A DNA stretch of 64,000 nt from Candidatus Nomurabacteria bacterium (lineage in GTDB: Bacteria; Patescibacteriota; Minisyncoccia; Phycocordibacterales; UBA9973), in contig JAPLXP010000003.1 of assembly GCA_026396015.1 (NCBI GenBank), positions 105,810 through 169,809 on the forward strand, written 5' to 3'. The translations under genes and the position numbers were made by a program. How positions within the stretch are numbered: the stretch's first letter is position 1; each line of letters begins with the position of its first letter. This document shows positions 43,664 to 53,475 of this stretch, piece after piece. The notes under the pieces are model-generated. The model saw only the letters and a program-made list of their open reading frames with translations, was not told the origin of the DNA and did no database searches.

Positions 43664-45595
43664 TTATTTTTCAATTCCGCGAATGAGTACTTTTAATAAT
43701 GATTCCAATCCCATAGTGGCCACTCCTGTGACTTTATCACCTCCTCCATAATACAAGTAGAGTATTCCTTTATCTTCCACTACACCACAAGGGAATACTA
43801 CATTGTTAACGATACCATTTTTTTCATAATCCATTTCTGGTTCGAATATTGGGTCAGTGGTACGAGCTAAAACTAGAGCTGGATCTTTTTTATCAAGGAG
43901 TACTGCTCCTACTCTGTATGTACTGTGACTCTTGGATACTCCGTGGTATATTAGCAGCCATCCGTATTTTGTGTTGATTGGAGGTGATGCTATCCCTACT
44001 TTTAATCCATCCCATTTATTTTGTCTTGGGCCAAATATTTGAATACACTTGTTAACTTTTTCTTTTTCAAAATTCAGACTGTGTAGATAGTCCCCGCAAA
44101 CTTGATTACCCACACGATGAATGACTAGATATCCGTCCTTGAATTTTTCAGGGAATATACATGCATCCTTGTCATCAAATCCACTAGGTGTAATCAGTGA
44201 TGGTTTGTCCCATTTCCAATTGTGCGCAAGAAAATTTTTTTCAGTAATTGATGTTATTGCTACACGAGGTACATTGATACTGTCATATGCTGTATAGCAC
44301 ATGTAAATATTTTTACCGATTTGTGTCACTCTTGGATCTTCACAACCAGAATTTCCATTTGTTATTTTTTTGCTCTCAAAATCCTCACGTGGAAGATATA
44401 TTGGCTCAGGTGACCTGTAATCAATTTTTACTCCATTTTTTGTACTTGCATATCCTATATATGATGTATTGTCATTTGAAAATGATCTGTACATTATGTG
44501 TGTAGTTCCGCCTATTCTAATAGCAGCAGGATTGAATGTCGCCTTGGATTCCCATAGATGATCCTCGATGGGGGAGATTATTGGATTTTCCTTCCATCTT
44601 TTAAATGTATATACTCCTGCAGTTTCAGGTCTGATTGTGTTGATCAAATCTGTAATATTTACTTTTGCCTTACACACAGTAGTATCTGCTGCGCCGTAGT
44701 AAATACTTAGGACATCACCCTCGAGTAGTGCACCACTAGGGAATACTATATTACCAATATGACCGGTGAGTTCATAGACTTCACTCGGTACTAGTATAGG
44801 ACCTTTTGTCCTTCCGATTATTTTTCTTGGATCTTTTAGATCGAGTAGTAATACTTCGACTCCGAAAATACGATCTAAGTGTTCATTGCTCTCAAAATAA
44901 TTTTGAATATGAGAATAAATTAAAAGCCATCCGTACTTTGTTTTTATTGGAGTAGCACCTATCTCTACGTGGTCACTCTTTGTCCTACGTGGGTCTATTG
45001 TGTGTTCGTCTATTTCTGCATACCACTTTTCCCAAAATTCAGGATTCCAAAAATCTTCAACATTTTTGGATTGTGCGATGGCTATCTGTGAAGGTGGTAG
45101 GTCTGTGTGTACTGTCAGTATCAGTGTTGCTTTTCCATTTATGCGCTCCGGAAAAAGAGTAGCTGCTTTAGCGTTAAAAGGTGTCACTAGATGGCGCTCA
45201 GTTACATTTTTTAAATCCTTAGATATTCCTACTGCTACTTTAATATTCTCGTGTGAAAAAGGGAAGCCGCCCAATGCAGTATAAAAAGTATAATATTTAC
45301 CTTCAAATTTTGTCACGCGTGGATCTTCACACCCGTATTTTTCCCAATCCTCTACAGGAACGATGAATTGCTCATGCTCCTCAAAGTGAGTACCATCCTT
45401 GCCGCGCCCGATACCTACCACAGAAGTTTGTTCTGGGTTACGCATTTTGTCTACCGCAGAAATCGCTCGATATATACCATAATAATTTTTACCTTCTTTG
45501 ATAGGAGATAAATTAAATACAGCACCAGCTTCCCAGTAGTGATCTTTGTTTGGGACAAGTATTGGATTATGTGAAGATCTTTTTACGACGTACAT
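43664..45595 (-). CDS. tandem two-domain GH130/DUF377-like glycoside phosphorylase (beta-mannoside phosphorylase family)
   Basis: Two repeats of the NPIL...W(E)..(A)(T)FNP(A/S)... 5-bladed propeller pattern. 643 aa. Confidence 0.55.
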   Translation of the reverse strand: MYVVKRSSHNPILVPNKDHYWEAGAVFNLSPIKEGKNYYGIYRAISAVDKMRNPEQTSVVGIGRGKDGTHFEEHEQFIVPVEDWEKYGCEDPRVTKFEGKYYTFYTALGGFPFSHENIKVAVGISKDLKNVTERHLVTPFNAKAATLFPERINGKATLILTVHTDLPPSQIAIAQSKNVEDFWNPEFWEKWYAEIDEHTIDPRRTKSDHVEIGATPIKTKYGWLLIYSHIQNYFESNEHLDRIFGVEVLLLDLKDPRKIIGRTKGPILVPSEVYELTGHIGNIVFPSGALLEGDVLSIYYGAADTTVCKAKVNITDLINTIRPETAGVYTFKRWKENPIISPIEDHLWESKATFNPAAIRIGGTTHIMYRSFSNDNTSYIGYASTKNGVKIDYRSPEPIYLPREDFESKKITNGNSGCEDPRVTQIGKNIYMCYTAYDSINVPRVAITSITEKNFLAHNWKWDKPSLITPSGFDDKDACIFPEKFKDGYLVIHRVGNQVCGDYLHSLNFEKEKVNKCIQIFGPRQNKWDGLKVGIASPPINTKYGWLLIYHGVSKSHSTYRVGAVLLDKKDPALVLARTTDPIFEPEMDYEKNGIVNNVVFPCGVVEDKGILYLYYGGGDKVTGVATMGLESLLKVLIRGIEK

Positions 45596-45598
45596 ATA

Positions 45599-46759
45599 TT
45601 ATTTTTTTGTTTTAATTTTAGTTGTTAATTTTAATGCTTTATCGTGCATTAATTCCTCTAGGAATAAATCAAGATTTGCTTTTGCTACACATGTGACCAT
45701 ATCTCCGCCGCCATAATATATGAATAATTCTTTATCTTTCACCACTGCACCACATGAGTATACTATTCCTGGCTTACCTTCATTCTCGTAATGTTCTTCT
45801 GGTTCTAGTATTGGATCTTTGGATTTGTGGAGTATCAAAGTGGGATCTTTTTTGTCGAGCAGCATGGCATGGAGATTGTATTTAGATGAATCCTTTTGAT
45901 TGTTCGTATGATAGATCACTAGCCATCCGTACTTTGTCTTGATAGGGGCGGGGCCTATGCCTCGCATATTTCTATCTCGCATTTTCCATAGTGGGTGATC
46001 CTGGTGAATGCTATGGATAAAAGTCTTACCATTGAATTCATTCAAATTGTCACTATAGTAGATCATAATCTCTGGAGATATTGCATGGATAATTGCATAC
46101 TTACCATTTATTTTCTCTGGGAAAAGAACCCAATTTTTCTGTACTTCACCTGGCATAGATATCAATACAGGCTCTTTCCAATTAAAATTTTTATTCACAA
46201 AATCTTTAACTTTTATATGCGTCATTCCAATACGAACAGAACCCCATCCATCAAATGCTGTATACATCATATAGATGTTGTCTTCTATGAGGGTCATTCT
46301 TGGGTCCTCGCATCCACCATCTCCACCACCACCAGAAATATAGTCTAATTTTTTTAGACTTTTATTCTTGTTTGTGGAGTGTTTGTATATGGGCATCGAT
46401 AATCGCTCAGTGATATGCAATCCATCTTTTGTTTTTGCATAACCCAATACTGAAGTATCACCGATTCCTATCGCACGATATACTATATGTATATGTCCAT
46501 CATGGTAAATTGCACTTGGATTGAATGTGGCTCCAGATTCCCAATTGGGATAATGACTAGGTTTTAATATTGGATTATTATAGGATCTTTTTAACGTAAT
46601 TTTTTTTGCTATCTGTATTTTATCATTTTTGGTTGCGGATGACTTTTTAATCACTTTTAATTTGCCCACAGTTTTTTTCTTTGGTGTTTTTTTAATCTTT
46701 GATATGGTCTTCAATTTTTTGATGATTGGAGCTTTTGTTTTTTTAATTTTCTCTACCAT
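45599..46759 (-). CDS. GH130/DUF377-like glycoside phosphorylase with Lys-rich N-terminal tail
   Basis: RSYNNPILKPSHYPNWESGATFNPSAIYHDGHIHIVYRAIG. N-terminal about 55 aa KKTK...KKK low complexity. Confidence 0.55.
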   Translation of the reverse strand: MVEKIKKTKAPIIKKLKTISKIKKTPKKKTVGKLKVIKKSSATKNDKIQIAKKITLKRSYNNPILKPSHYPNWESGATFNPSAIYHDGHIHIVYRAIGIGDTSVLGYAKTKDGLHITERLSMPIYKHSTNKNKSLKKLDYISGGGGDGGCEDPRMTLIEDNIYMMYTAFDGWGSVRIGMTHIKVKDFVNKNFNWKEPVLISMPGEVQKNWVLFPEKINGKYAIIHAISPEIMIYYSDNLNEFNGKTFIHSIHQDHPLWKMRDRNMRGIGPAPIKTKYGWLVIYHTNNQKDSSKYNLHAMLLDKKDPTLILHKSKDPILEPEEHYENEGKPGIVYSCGAVVKDKELFIYYGGGDMVTCVAKANLDLFLEELMHDKALKLTTKIKTKK

Positions 46760-47087
46760 ATTTATCCTCTAATCTAACTATATCTGACTCATCAAAATTA
46801 CCATGAGCAATCTCAAGGAATTTTACATCTTCATTCGTAGCTTCTATTCTGTGGGGGACTGTATTATCTATTGTGAATTCATCATTCTGCTGGGCTTGAA
46901 TCTTTTCAGTGCCAATAGTTACTATAGGATTGCCTTCTATAATTTTCCAGAATTCTGATCTATTTTTATGGTATTGGAGACTTAATGATTCTCCTTTGTT
47001 TATGTAAATTATCTTTACTGTAGTAGGTTCGTTTAGTGTGTATTGTTCAAATTTTCCCCAAGGTTTTTGTGTTGTTGTGGTTTTCAT
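46743..47087 (-). CDS. type II phosphomannose isomerase cupin-domain protein
   Basis: WGKFEQYT...SLQYHKNRSEFWKIIEG...VPHRIEA...DIVRLEDKYGR matches the PMI type-II C-terminal cupin pattern. Confidence 0.6.
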   Translation of the reverse strand: MKTTTTQKPWGKFEQYTLNEPTTVKIIYINKGESLSLQYHKNRSEFWKIIEGNPIVTIGTEKIQAQQNDEFTIDNTVPHRIEATNEDVKFLEIAHGNFDESDIVRLEDKYGREN

Positions 47088-47088
47088 T

Positions 47089-47853
47089 TTAGATTAGTTT
47101 TATTAATACATTAATTGTATCATTTGGGTTAGATACTGAAATACAATCTACTCCAGAATTTACAGCTGGATGATCATTACCTCCAATTTGTAATTTGTCT
47201 CCCATAAATATTATATCAGATTTATTTATGTCCAGATAACTTATTAATTTATTTATTGCATATTCTTTGTCTACTCCTGATCTAGTCACATCTATTGTAT
47301 TTGTTCCTCCAAAATTTATAGAGAATTCAGGTATAAGAGGGAGCATGACATCTCTAACTTTTTTTCTTTTTTCTTGATCGGGGTCCCATGTGGACTTCAC
47401 AGAAAATGGTGCATCTTGTCCACAAGCTGAAAATGACATCTGAGTTCCACGGTCCTCAATGACTTGTCCATATGAAGGTGTCGGTAATATTGTATTTGTT
47501 TCTTTTATTGATTTCTCCCAGGCTGCGACAATCTTATCTTTATCTTCTTGGTTTAAGAGTTCTTCGTATTCACATATCCATTGATTGTCTTTGTATACAT
47601 AAAGGGAGCTGCCTGTAGTAGGGAATAATATTAGATTACTAAAAAAATCAGATTCATCATTTGTGAATGTATCTATAACTTGTTTTTTGAATTGAGTGTA
47701 GGAACCCCCAGATATTATTGCTATTTTGTATTTTTTAAGTAGTTTAGATAATACTTCAGACATCTTTGGGTTAATAGGTGATTTACTCTCGGCTAGTGTT
47801 CCATCTAGGTCAAAAGCTATAACTTTTTTATTGTTAAAAATATTATTATTCAT
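47089..47853 (-). CDS. HAD-superfamily phosphomannomutase (eukaryotic-type PMM, PF03332-like)
   Basis: IAFDLDGTLAE DxDGT motif. FGGTNTIDVTRSGVDKEYAI...FMGDKLQIGGNDHPA...VSNPNDT parallels the PMM GDK..GGND and P.DT motifs. Confidence 0.6.
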   Translation of the reverse strand: MNNNIFNNKKVIAFDLDGTLAESKSPINPKMSEVLSKLLKKYKIAIISGGSYTQFKKQVIDTFTNDESDFFSNLILFPTTGSSLYVYKDNQWICEYEELLNQEDKDKIVAAWEKSIKETNTILPTPSYGQVIEDRGTQMSFSACGQDAPFSVKSTWDPDQEKRKKVRDVMLPLIPEFSINFGGTNTIDVTRSGVDKEYAINKLISYLDINKSDIIFMGDKLQIGGNDHPAVNSGVDCISVSNPNDTINVLIKLI

Positions 47854-47937
47854 ATATAGATTATATAATAATAAGATTCTCTACACTATAGGCATAATAG
47901 TTAGACTTCTTTTGGGTTCTGTATTATAGTGTCATAT

Positions 47938-48693
47938 ATGGCAAAACAAGAAAAAATCTATATATATGGCAAGCACGCACTTGTCGAGGCTCTTACTAAT
48001 TCACCAACAGCTGTAAAGAAAGTATTCTTGGCTCGTGAAGACGATAAAGAGTTGGTTCATCTGATCAAAAAAGCAGGTATTACAATATCTCAGCTAGGTA
48101 AGGGTGAGGGGGTAGGTGATGTGTCTAATGATAGCAAGCACCAGGGAGTTATCGGTCTGTTGTCTCTAGATAAAATAATCCAACCATATGAAAGATTTAT
48201 GAATAGTCTAGTTGTGAATCCAAATACTTGCATCATCATTCTTGGAGAATTGGAGGACCCTCAAAATGTTGGATCTATTATTCGTACTGCTGCAGCTATG
48301 GGTATAGCTGGTGTATTGATACCAGAACACAACCAGGCTCCTATCACAGGCTCAGTCGTAAAAGTTTCTGCTGGTATGGTGTTCCGCGTACCTGTAGTCC
48401 AAATCGGTAATATCAACAATGTCATTCGTGATCTAAAAGAAAAAGGATTTTGGATTTACGGATTAGATGGTGAATCAAAGCAATCATTAAATGATGAATC
48501 TTTTGATACTCCGACAGCATTTATCATAGGTAACGAGGCTCGTGGTATAAGAGAGAAGACTCGTGAACTCTGCGATATCATGCTCCGCATTCCAATGCAT
48601 CCACAATGTGAATCTATGAATGCTGCTGTATCTACGGCCATCGCCATGTACTCATGGAGTGCAAAGCATCCTGATTCTGTAAAAGGTAAATAA
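47938..48693 (+). CDS. TrmH/SpoU-family RNA 2'-O-methyltransferase (RlmB-like); ORF-track GTG start 47929
   Basis: N-terminal substrate-binding domain + SpoU methylase motifs (GLDGESKQ, IIGNEARGI, IPMHPQCESMNAAVSTAIAMY). Confidence 0.75.
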   Translation: MAKQEKIYIYGKHALVEALTNSPTAVKKVFLAREDDKELVHLIKKAGITISQLGKGEGVGDVSNDSKHQGVIGLLSLDKIIQPYERFMNSLVVNPNTCIIILGELEDPQNVGSIIRTAAAMGIAGVLIPEHNQAPITGSVVKVSAGMVFRVPVVQIGNINNVIRDLKEKGFWIYGLDGESKQSLNDESFDTPTAFIIGNEARGIREKTRELCDIMLRIPMHPQCESMNAAVSTAIAMYSWSAKHPDSVKGK

Positions 48694-48705
48694 TCAATGA
48701 ACACT

Positions 48706-48733
48706 AAAAAACCACCCAATGGGTGGTTTTTAG
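48706..48733. terminator. bidirectional terminator ccaccc-aat-gggtgg
   Basis: Same hairpin core as at 20552. Confidence 0.65.
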
Positions 48734-48737
48734 ATTA

Positions 48738-49223
48738 TTAGTTAGTTTTTAGGTCGTGCCCAAATTTATTTTTAACATGCTGTCCTATTGCCATAGGTTT
48801 TCTATTGGCATTGGTCCAGGTGTCGACATTCGTAGCGATGGCTGTATGGTTCACTTGGTCTATCGTACCTGTGATCATCACACCCTGTCCGACTACAAGA
48901 TTGGTGATAGATCCAACCACGTTGTCCTTTTTAAAGATTGTCGTACTTGTTGTGTTAATAATAAATTGTGGTTTTGTTGTATTGGATTTTTTGTCGAAGC
49001 TTTTTGTTTCAATTGTAAAACTATTTCCATTTATTGCAGTAATTGTACCTGCAACATGATTTGATATTTTATTTATTTTTGGAACTGAACTTTTATGCAT
49101 TTGCCTTGCGTCTTTGTTCGTATCTGTACGCATTGAAGCAAATGAAATATTTGCAGAAGTTATTGTTATAATTATGATGGCTGTTCCACCTATTTTAATC
49201 AATATATTTCTTTTTTTACTCAT
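48738..49223 (-). CDS. secreted/membrane-anchored hypothetical protein
   Basis: Signal/TM ILIKIGGTAIIIITITSANISFA, Thr/Asn-rich mature part. Confidence 0.45.
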   Translation of the reverse strand: MSKKRNILIKIGGTAIIIITITSANISFASMRTDTNKDARQMHKSSVPKINKISNHVAGTITAINGNSFTIETKSFDKKSNTTKPQFIINTTSTTIFKKDNVVGSITNLVVGQGVMITGTIDQVNHTAIATNVDTWTNANRKPMAIGQHVKNKFGHDLKTN

Positions 49224-49379
49224 ATTTTTGATTCTGCGGAATCACATCGTGTACGTCCTTTTGACGCGATGCTACTTTTTAATTACTTATAAAACCGACC
49301 TATTTATGTATACGCACATGTTTCAGAAATGGTGCACATGTACCATATTTTGAAAATGCGCGTATAATGCATCTATAAT

Positions 49380-49946
49380 ATGGAGTATTCTGATCATGAT
49401 TTAATAGTCTCATATCTAGCAGGGGATGAAGAATCTCTGAAGGTTTTGTTTGGTAGATATACTAATGACATATATAACTATGCCAGACGCATGGGTGGAT
49501 TAGACGATGCATCAGATATTACTTCAGAGGTTTTTATAAAAGTTTGGAAAAATCTAAAGAATTTTAATGTTAAAAAAGCTGGATTTAAAACTTGGATTTT
49601 TATGATAGCGAGACGGACTATTATTGATTATTTGAGAAAAAGAAAAAATGTCCCATTATCGTATCTAGATAATGAAGAAAGCGGTACATCATATGCAGAT
49701 TCTATACCAGATGACCGAACGCTTCCTGATATTACTTTTGATAAAGAAATAGATATAAAAACTCTAAACAAAATTCTCGAATCAATCTCGCCGCCGCACC
49801 GTGAAGTATTAACCTTGTACTACCAAGAGGATATGACTTTTGATGAAATAGGAAAAGTTCTCGATAAATCTATAAACACAGTAAAGAGTCAGCATCGAAG
49901 AGCCTTGATCTCGCTCCGGGAGAAGTATCAAGATTTGAGTAAGTAA
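49380..49946 (+). CDS. RNA polymerase sigma-70 factor, ECF subfamily
   Basis: Region 2 (DDASDITSEVFIKVWKNL...TWIFMIARRTIIDYLRK) and region 4 HTH (LTLYYQEDMTFDEIGKVLDKSINTVKSQHRRAL). Confidence 0.75.
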   Translation: MEYSDHDLIVSYLAGDEESLKVLFGRYTNDIYNYARRMGGLDDASDITSEVFIKVWKNLKNFNVKKAGFKTWIFMIARRTIIDYLRKRKNVPLSYLDNEESGTSYADSIPDDRTLPDITFDKEIDIKTLNKILESISPPHREVLTLYYQEDMTFDEIGKVLDKSINTVKSQHRRALISLREKYQDLSK

Positions 49947-49988
49947 TGCACCAAAGGGCTTTATAAAACGTATATATACATGTAATTT

Positions 49989-50390
49989 ATGAAAATAGAT
50001 ATAGAAAAACAAATTAAGGACGCCAAGTATAATGCAACAGATGAATTATCTGCTTGTATTTTTTTGGCTATTAGAGCAGAACAAAACAAAGAATATAGAC
50101 TCAGGATGTATATGCACGGAGTACTTAGTTTCTCTTTTTTGATTGTGATGGTACCAGTGATTCAGTCTTTGGTTGCTGACTTGTCTAGCTCAGGAATCTT
50201 TCAGTATGCATCATTGATTTTTTCTGATAGCTCGTCTTTGTCTGTCGCATGGCAAGAATTATCTATGTCCATTGTGGATGTATTGCCTGGTATGAGTATC
50301 GCATTGTTCGCAGTTGTGTTGTTTGCACTATCTATTTCAATTCGTAATTTTGCTTTAAATTTTTCAAGTCGAGTGTCGGTTGTTAGTTAA
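49989..50390 (+). CDS. putative anti-sigma factor (membrane protein downstream of ECF sigma)
   Basis: Position and single/double TM. No motif. Confidence 0.35.
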   Translation: MKIDIEKQIKDAKYNATDELSACIFLAIRAEQNKEYRLRMYMHGVLSFSFLIVMVPVIQSLVADLSSSGIFQYASLIFSDSSSLSVAWQELSMSIVDVLPGMSIALFAVVLFALSISIRNFALNFSSRVSVVS

Positions 50391-50455
50391 TATTAAATAA
50401 TAATAAAAACAGAACAGATATTTAATAAAATAATTTGTCTTGTAACTATAAATAT

Positions 50456-50953
50456 ATGAAAGAAGAAATAAAAACAATTGTAAAGAGTGTGTCTGATTCA
50501 AAAAAAGTAAAGAGAATGATAGTGATCATTGCGTGCTTTGCTGTACTGTCTATAGTTTTTCAAGCTGGTGTCGTAGTTGGTTTTAAAAAGGCTTCATTTG
50601 GAAAACATTGGGGTGAAAATTATGAGAGAAATTTTGGCATGGTAAAGCACAATAGAATGATGGGTGATACACCAGACAGACTACCAAATGCTCACGGTGC
50701 GATAGGTAAGATAGCCAAGATCGAATTACCTAATATCATTGTCACTGACAATGATGGAATTGAAAAGATTGTTGTATTAAATGTTGAAACTCTTATCAAA
50801 AAAGGCCCTGAAAATATTTTAGAAAAAGATTTGTTAATCAATGATTTTATTGTAGTAGTGGGTACTCCGAACGATAAAGGTCAAATAGTTGCAAAGCTAA
50901 TACGTGTAATACCTAGCCCAATGATGGGTGCCAAGGCAGAAGTAATTAAATAA
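50456..50953 (+). CDS. membrane-anchored hypothetical protein (likely ATG 50456; ORF-track TTG 50435)
   Basis: N-terminal TM MIVIIACFAVLSIVF. Confidence 0.4.
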   Translation: MKEEIKTIVKSVSDSKKVKRMIVIIACFAVLSIVFQAGVVVGFKKASFGKHWGENYERNFGMVKHNRMMGDTPDRLPNAHGAIGKIAKIELPNIIVTDNDGIEKIVVLNVETLIKKGPENILEKDLLINDFIVVVGTPNDKGQIVAKLIRVIPSPMMGAKAEVIK

Positions 50954-50962
50954 TAAACATTT

Positions 50963-52678
50963 ATGCAATCATTCTTTAGCTATATAAAAGAAAATAAAAT
51001 TAAGTCAGCTATCGTGATTATAATTGTGCTGGCAGTAGGTTATTATCTGTATAAATTATTATTTCCAACACCAATAATTACTCGATATGTATTAGGAAAT
51101 GTTCAAAAATCAACCGTTATATCTACAGTATCTGGCACAGGTCAGATCTCCTCTGGTGCCTCAATAGATGTGAAGCCAAAAGTATCAGGAGATATTTTGT
51201 CTGTGAACGTTAAAAATGGTCAGTATGTTTCTGCGGGCCAATCTATCGTAGTACTTGATAATACAAGTGCACTTAAAAATGTGAGAGATGCGCAGATCCG
51301 TCTGGATCAAGCAAAATTGGCATTGCAGAGAATGAAGGGTGGTGCTGTTGATACTGGTGAAGTGCGCAGCACAACGCAAAAAGCAAGTGATGCATTATTG
51401 AAATCTTATGATGATGGATTCAATACTGTAGCTAGTACATTTATAGATTTACCTGCAGCTATGACAGGATTGCATGATGTTCTTCTTAATTCTGACTTTG
51501 GTATGGGTCAGCAGCCTAATATAGCTTTTTATTTTGATCAATTAAAAGTTTCAAATTCAGAAAATGCTGATAAGGCAAAACTTTTTAGTGATGATGCAAA
51601 TAAAAAATACACTGAAGCACGTGCAATGTACGACCGAGTATTTTTAGAATATAAAAATACAAATAGAAATTCTTCAAATTCAGACGTAGAAAGATTGATT
51701 AATGATACTTATGATACAGACAAAGCAATAGCTGAAGCAATTAAAAGTTCTCAGAATTTAATACGTTTGTATCAAGATACTTTTACTTTGGCAAATATGA
51801 AAATTGAATCAAAGTCTAATACTCATCTGACAAGCTTAAATACATATACTGGTATGACCAATGGTCATCTAGTAGATCTACTTGCTGCTAAAGATAATAT
51901 TTTATCCAACAAAGAATCTATAGTTACTTCTTCTTTTGATCTTACTGATCAAGAGATATCAATCAAACAAGCAGAAAATGCATTACAGGACGCTAGAGAT
52001 ACTCTTGCGAACTATGTAATTCGTGCCCCTATCGATGGTATCGTTGGGAAGCTTTCAGCCGTTCGTGGTGATACAGCTAGTAGTACATCTCTCGCAACTA
52101 TTATCACAACAAAGAAAATCGCGCAGATATCTTTAAATGAAGTTGATGTGGCAAAAATTAAAGTTGGTGACAAGGTCACTCTTACTTTTGATGCGATACC
52201 AGATTTGACTGTAGTAGGATTGATATCTGATATTGATAGTATTGGTACTGTGTCTTCGGGTGTTGTAAATTATAATATAAAAATTAGTTTTGATTCATCA
52301 AACGATAGTATCAAGGAGGGGATGAGTGTTTCTGCTGCGATTATTACAAAAATTGCTGCTGACGTAGTTGTAGTTCCTAACAGTGCATTGAAAACAAAAA
52401 ATGGTAATTCTTTTGTTGAGGTATTTGATGTAGCTCCAGCTGCTACTACAGATGGATTGCAAGGTGCACCCTCTGCTATCGCACCAAAGCAAGTAGGTGT
52501 GGAAATTGGAATTTCTGATGATACAAATACTGAGGTAATTTCAGGATTAAAAGTTGGGGATAACATTGTCACAAAGACAATCACCACAACAACTGTATCT
52601 ACGGCAAATACGGCACCAAGTCTTTTGGGTGCTGTCGGTGGAAATAAATCAGGTGCTCGAGCAATGACAGGTAGATAA
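50963..52678 (+). CDS. efflux periplasmic adaptor (HlyD/MacA-type membrane fusion protein)
   Basis: N-terminal TM, long coiled-coil region, lipoyl/beta-barrel-like segments (VKPKVSGDILSVNVKNGQYVSAGQSIVVLD...IRAPIDGIVGKL). Confidence 0.65.
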   Translation: MQSFFSYIKENKIKSAIVIIIVLAVGYYLYKLLFPTPIITRYVLGNVQKSTVISTVSGTGQISSGASIDVKPKVSGDILSVNVKNGQYVSAGQSIVVLDNTSALKNVRDAQIRLDQAKLALQRMKGGAVDTGEVRSTTQKASDALLKSYDDGFNTVASTFIDLPAAMTGLHDVLLNSDFGMGQQPNIAFYFDQLKVSNSENADKAKLFSDDANKKYTEARAMYDRVFLEYKNTNRNSSNSDVERLINDTYDTDKAIAEAIKSSQNLIRLYQDTFTLANMKIESKSNTHLTSLNTYTGMTNGHLVDLLAAKDNILSNKESIVTSSFDLTDQEISIKQAENALQDARDTLANYVIRAPIDGIVGKLSAVRGDTASSTSLATIITTKKIAQISLNEVDVAKIKVGDKVTLTFDAIPDLTVVGLISDIDSIGTVSSGVVNYNIKISFDSSNDSIKEGMSVSAAIITKIAADVVVVPNSALKTKNGNSFVEVFDVAPAATTDGLQGAPSAIAPKQVGVEIGISDDTNTEVISGLKVGDNIVTKTITTTTVSTANTAPSLLGAVGGNKSGARAMTGR

Positions 52679-52682
52679 AATT

Positions 52683-53363
52683 ATGATTGAAATTAAAAAT
52701 ATTACAAAAAAATATCAAAGTGGTAAGGAGCCATTCCTGGCTTTAAAAGGTGTCAGTTTTATTATTGAGGATGGGGAGTTTGTCGCTATAACTGGTCCAT
52801 CTGGGTCTGGTAAGTCCACTTTGATGCATATTCTCGGTGCACTCGATAATCCTACTTCCGGTACATATTTTTTGGATGGAAAGGATGTGTCTACTCTGTC
52901 TGATGACGAATTGGCAAATATAAGAAAAAATAAAATTGGTTTTGTCTTTCAATCTTTCAATCTACTTCCTCGTACTACAGTAATAAGAAATGTATCGTTG
53001 CCTCTTGTGTACGCTGGTGTAGAAGAAAAAGAAAGAATTCGAAGAGCTGAAGAAGCTTTAATCTCTGCTGGTCTTGATCGCGAGCACTTCACTCATTTAT
53101 CAAATGAATTATCTGGTGGGCAAATACAACGCGTAGCTATCGCTCGTGCACTCGTGAACAATCCTACATTGATACTAGCTGATGAGCCTACCGGTAATCT
53201 TGATTCAAAAACGGGGGATATAGTATTGGGAACTTTTCAAAGATTGAATCGTGAACATGGTCGTACTATTATACTCATCACACACGAGCCAGATGTAGCA
53301 GCACATGCTGACCGCATTATTCACATAAAAGACGGATTGGTTCTAAGTGATAAGAAAAAATAA
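52683..53363 (+). CDS. ABC transporter ATP-binding protein (MacB/LolD type)
   Basis: Walker [11 protein letters not shown]-loop, signature LSGGQIQR, Walker [13 protein letters not shown]-loop. Confidence 0.85.
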   Translation: MIEIKNITKKYQSGKEPFLALKGVSFIIEDGEFVAITGPSGSGKSTLMHILGALDNPTSGTYFLDGKDVSTLSDDELANIRKNKIGFVFQSFNLLPRTTVIRNVSLPLVYAGVEEKERIRRAEEALISAGLDREHFTHLSNELSGGQIQRVAIARALVNNPTLILADEPTGNLDSKTGDIVLGTFQRLNREHGRTIILITHEPDVAAHADRIIHIKDGLVLSDKKK

Positions 53364-53382
53364 TGTGCTTCATAAATTATAT

Positions 53383-53451
53383 TCTTTTCTCAGGTCCTCG
53401 GATCTCCTCGCAAATGCAAAATTCGCTCGGCCAGACCGTTCGAAAAGAAAA
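53383..53451 (-). repeat. second copy (inverted) of the GC-rich palindromic element found inside ligA. It sits in the spacer between the ABC ATPase and permease genes
   Basis: aggtcctcggatctcc (53392-53407) and cgctcggccagaccgt (53424-53439) are exact reverse complements of 29704-29718 and 29681-29696. Flanking inverted repeat ttcttttc...gaaaagaa. Confidence 0.6.
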
Positions 53452-53475
53452 TAATTTATTACGCAAAGAGTAATT

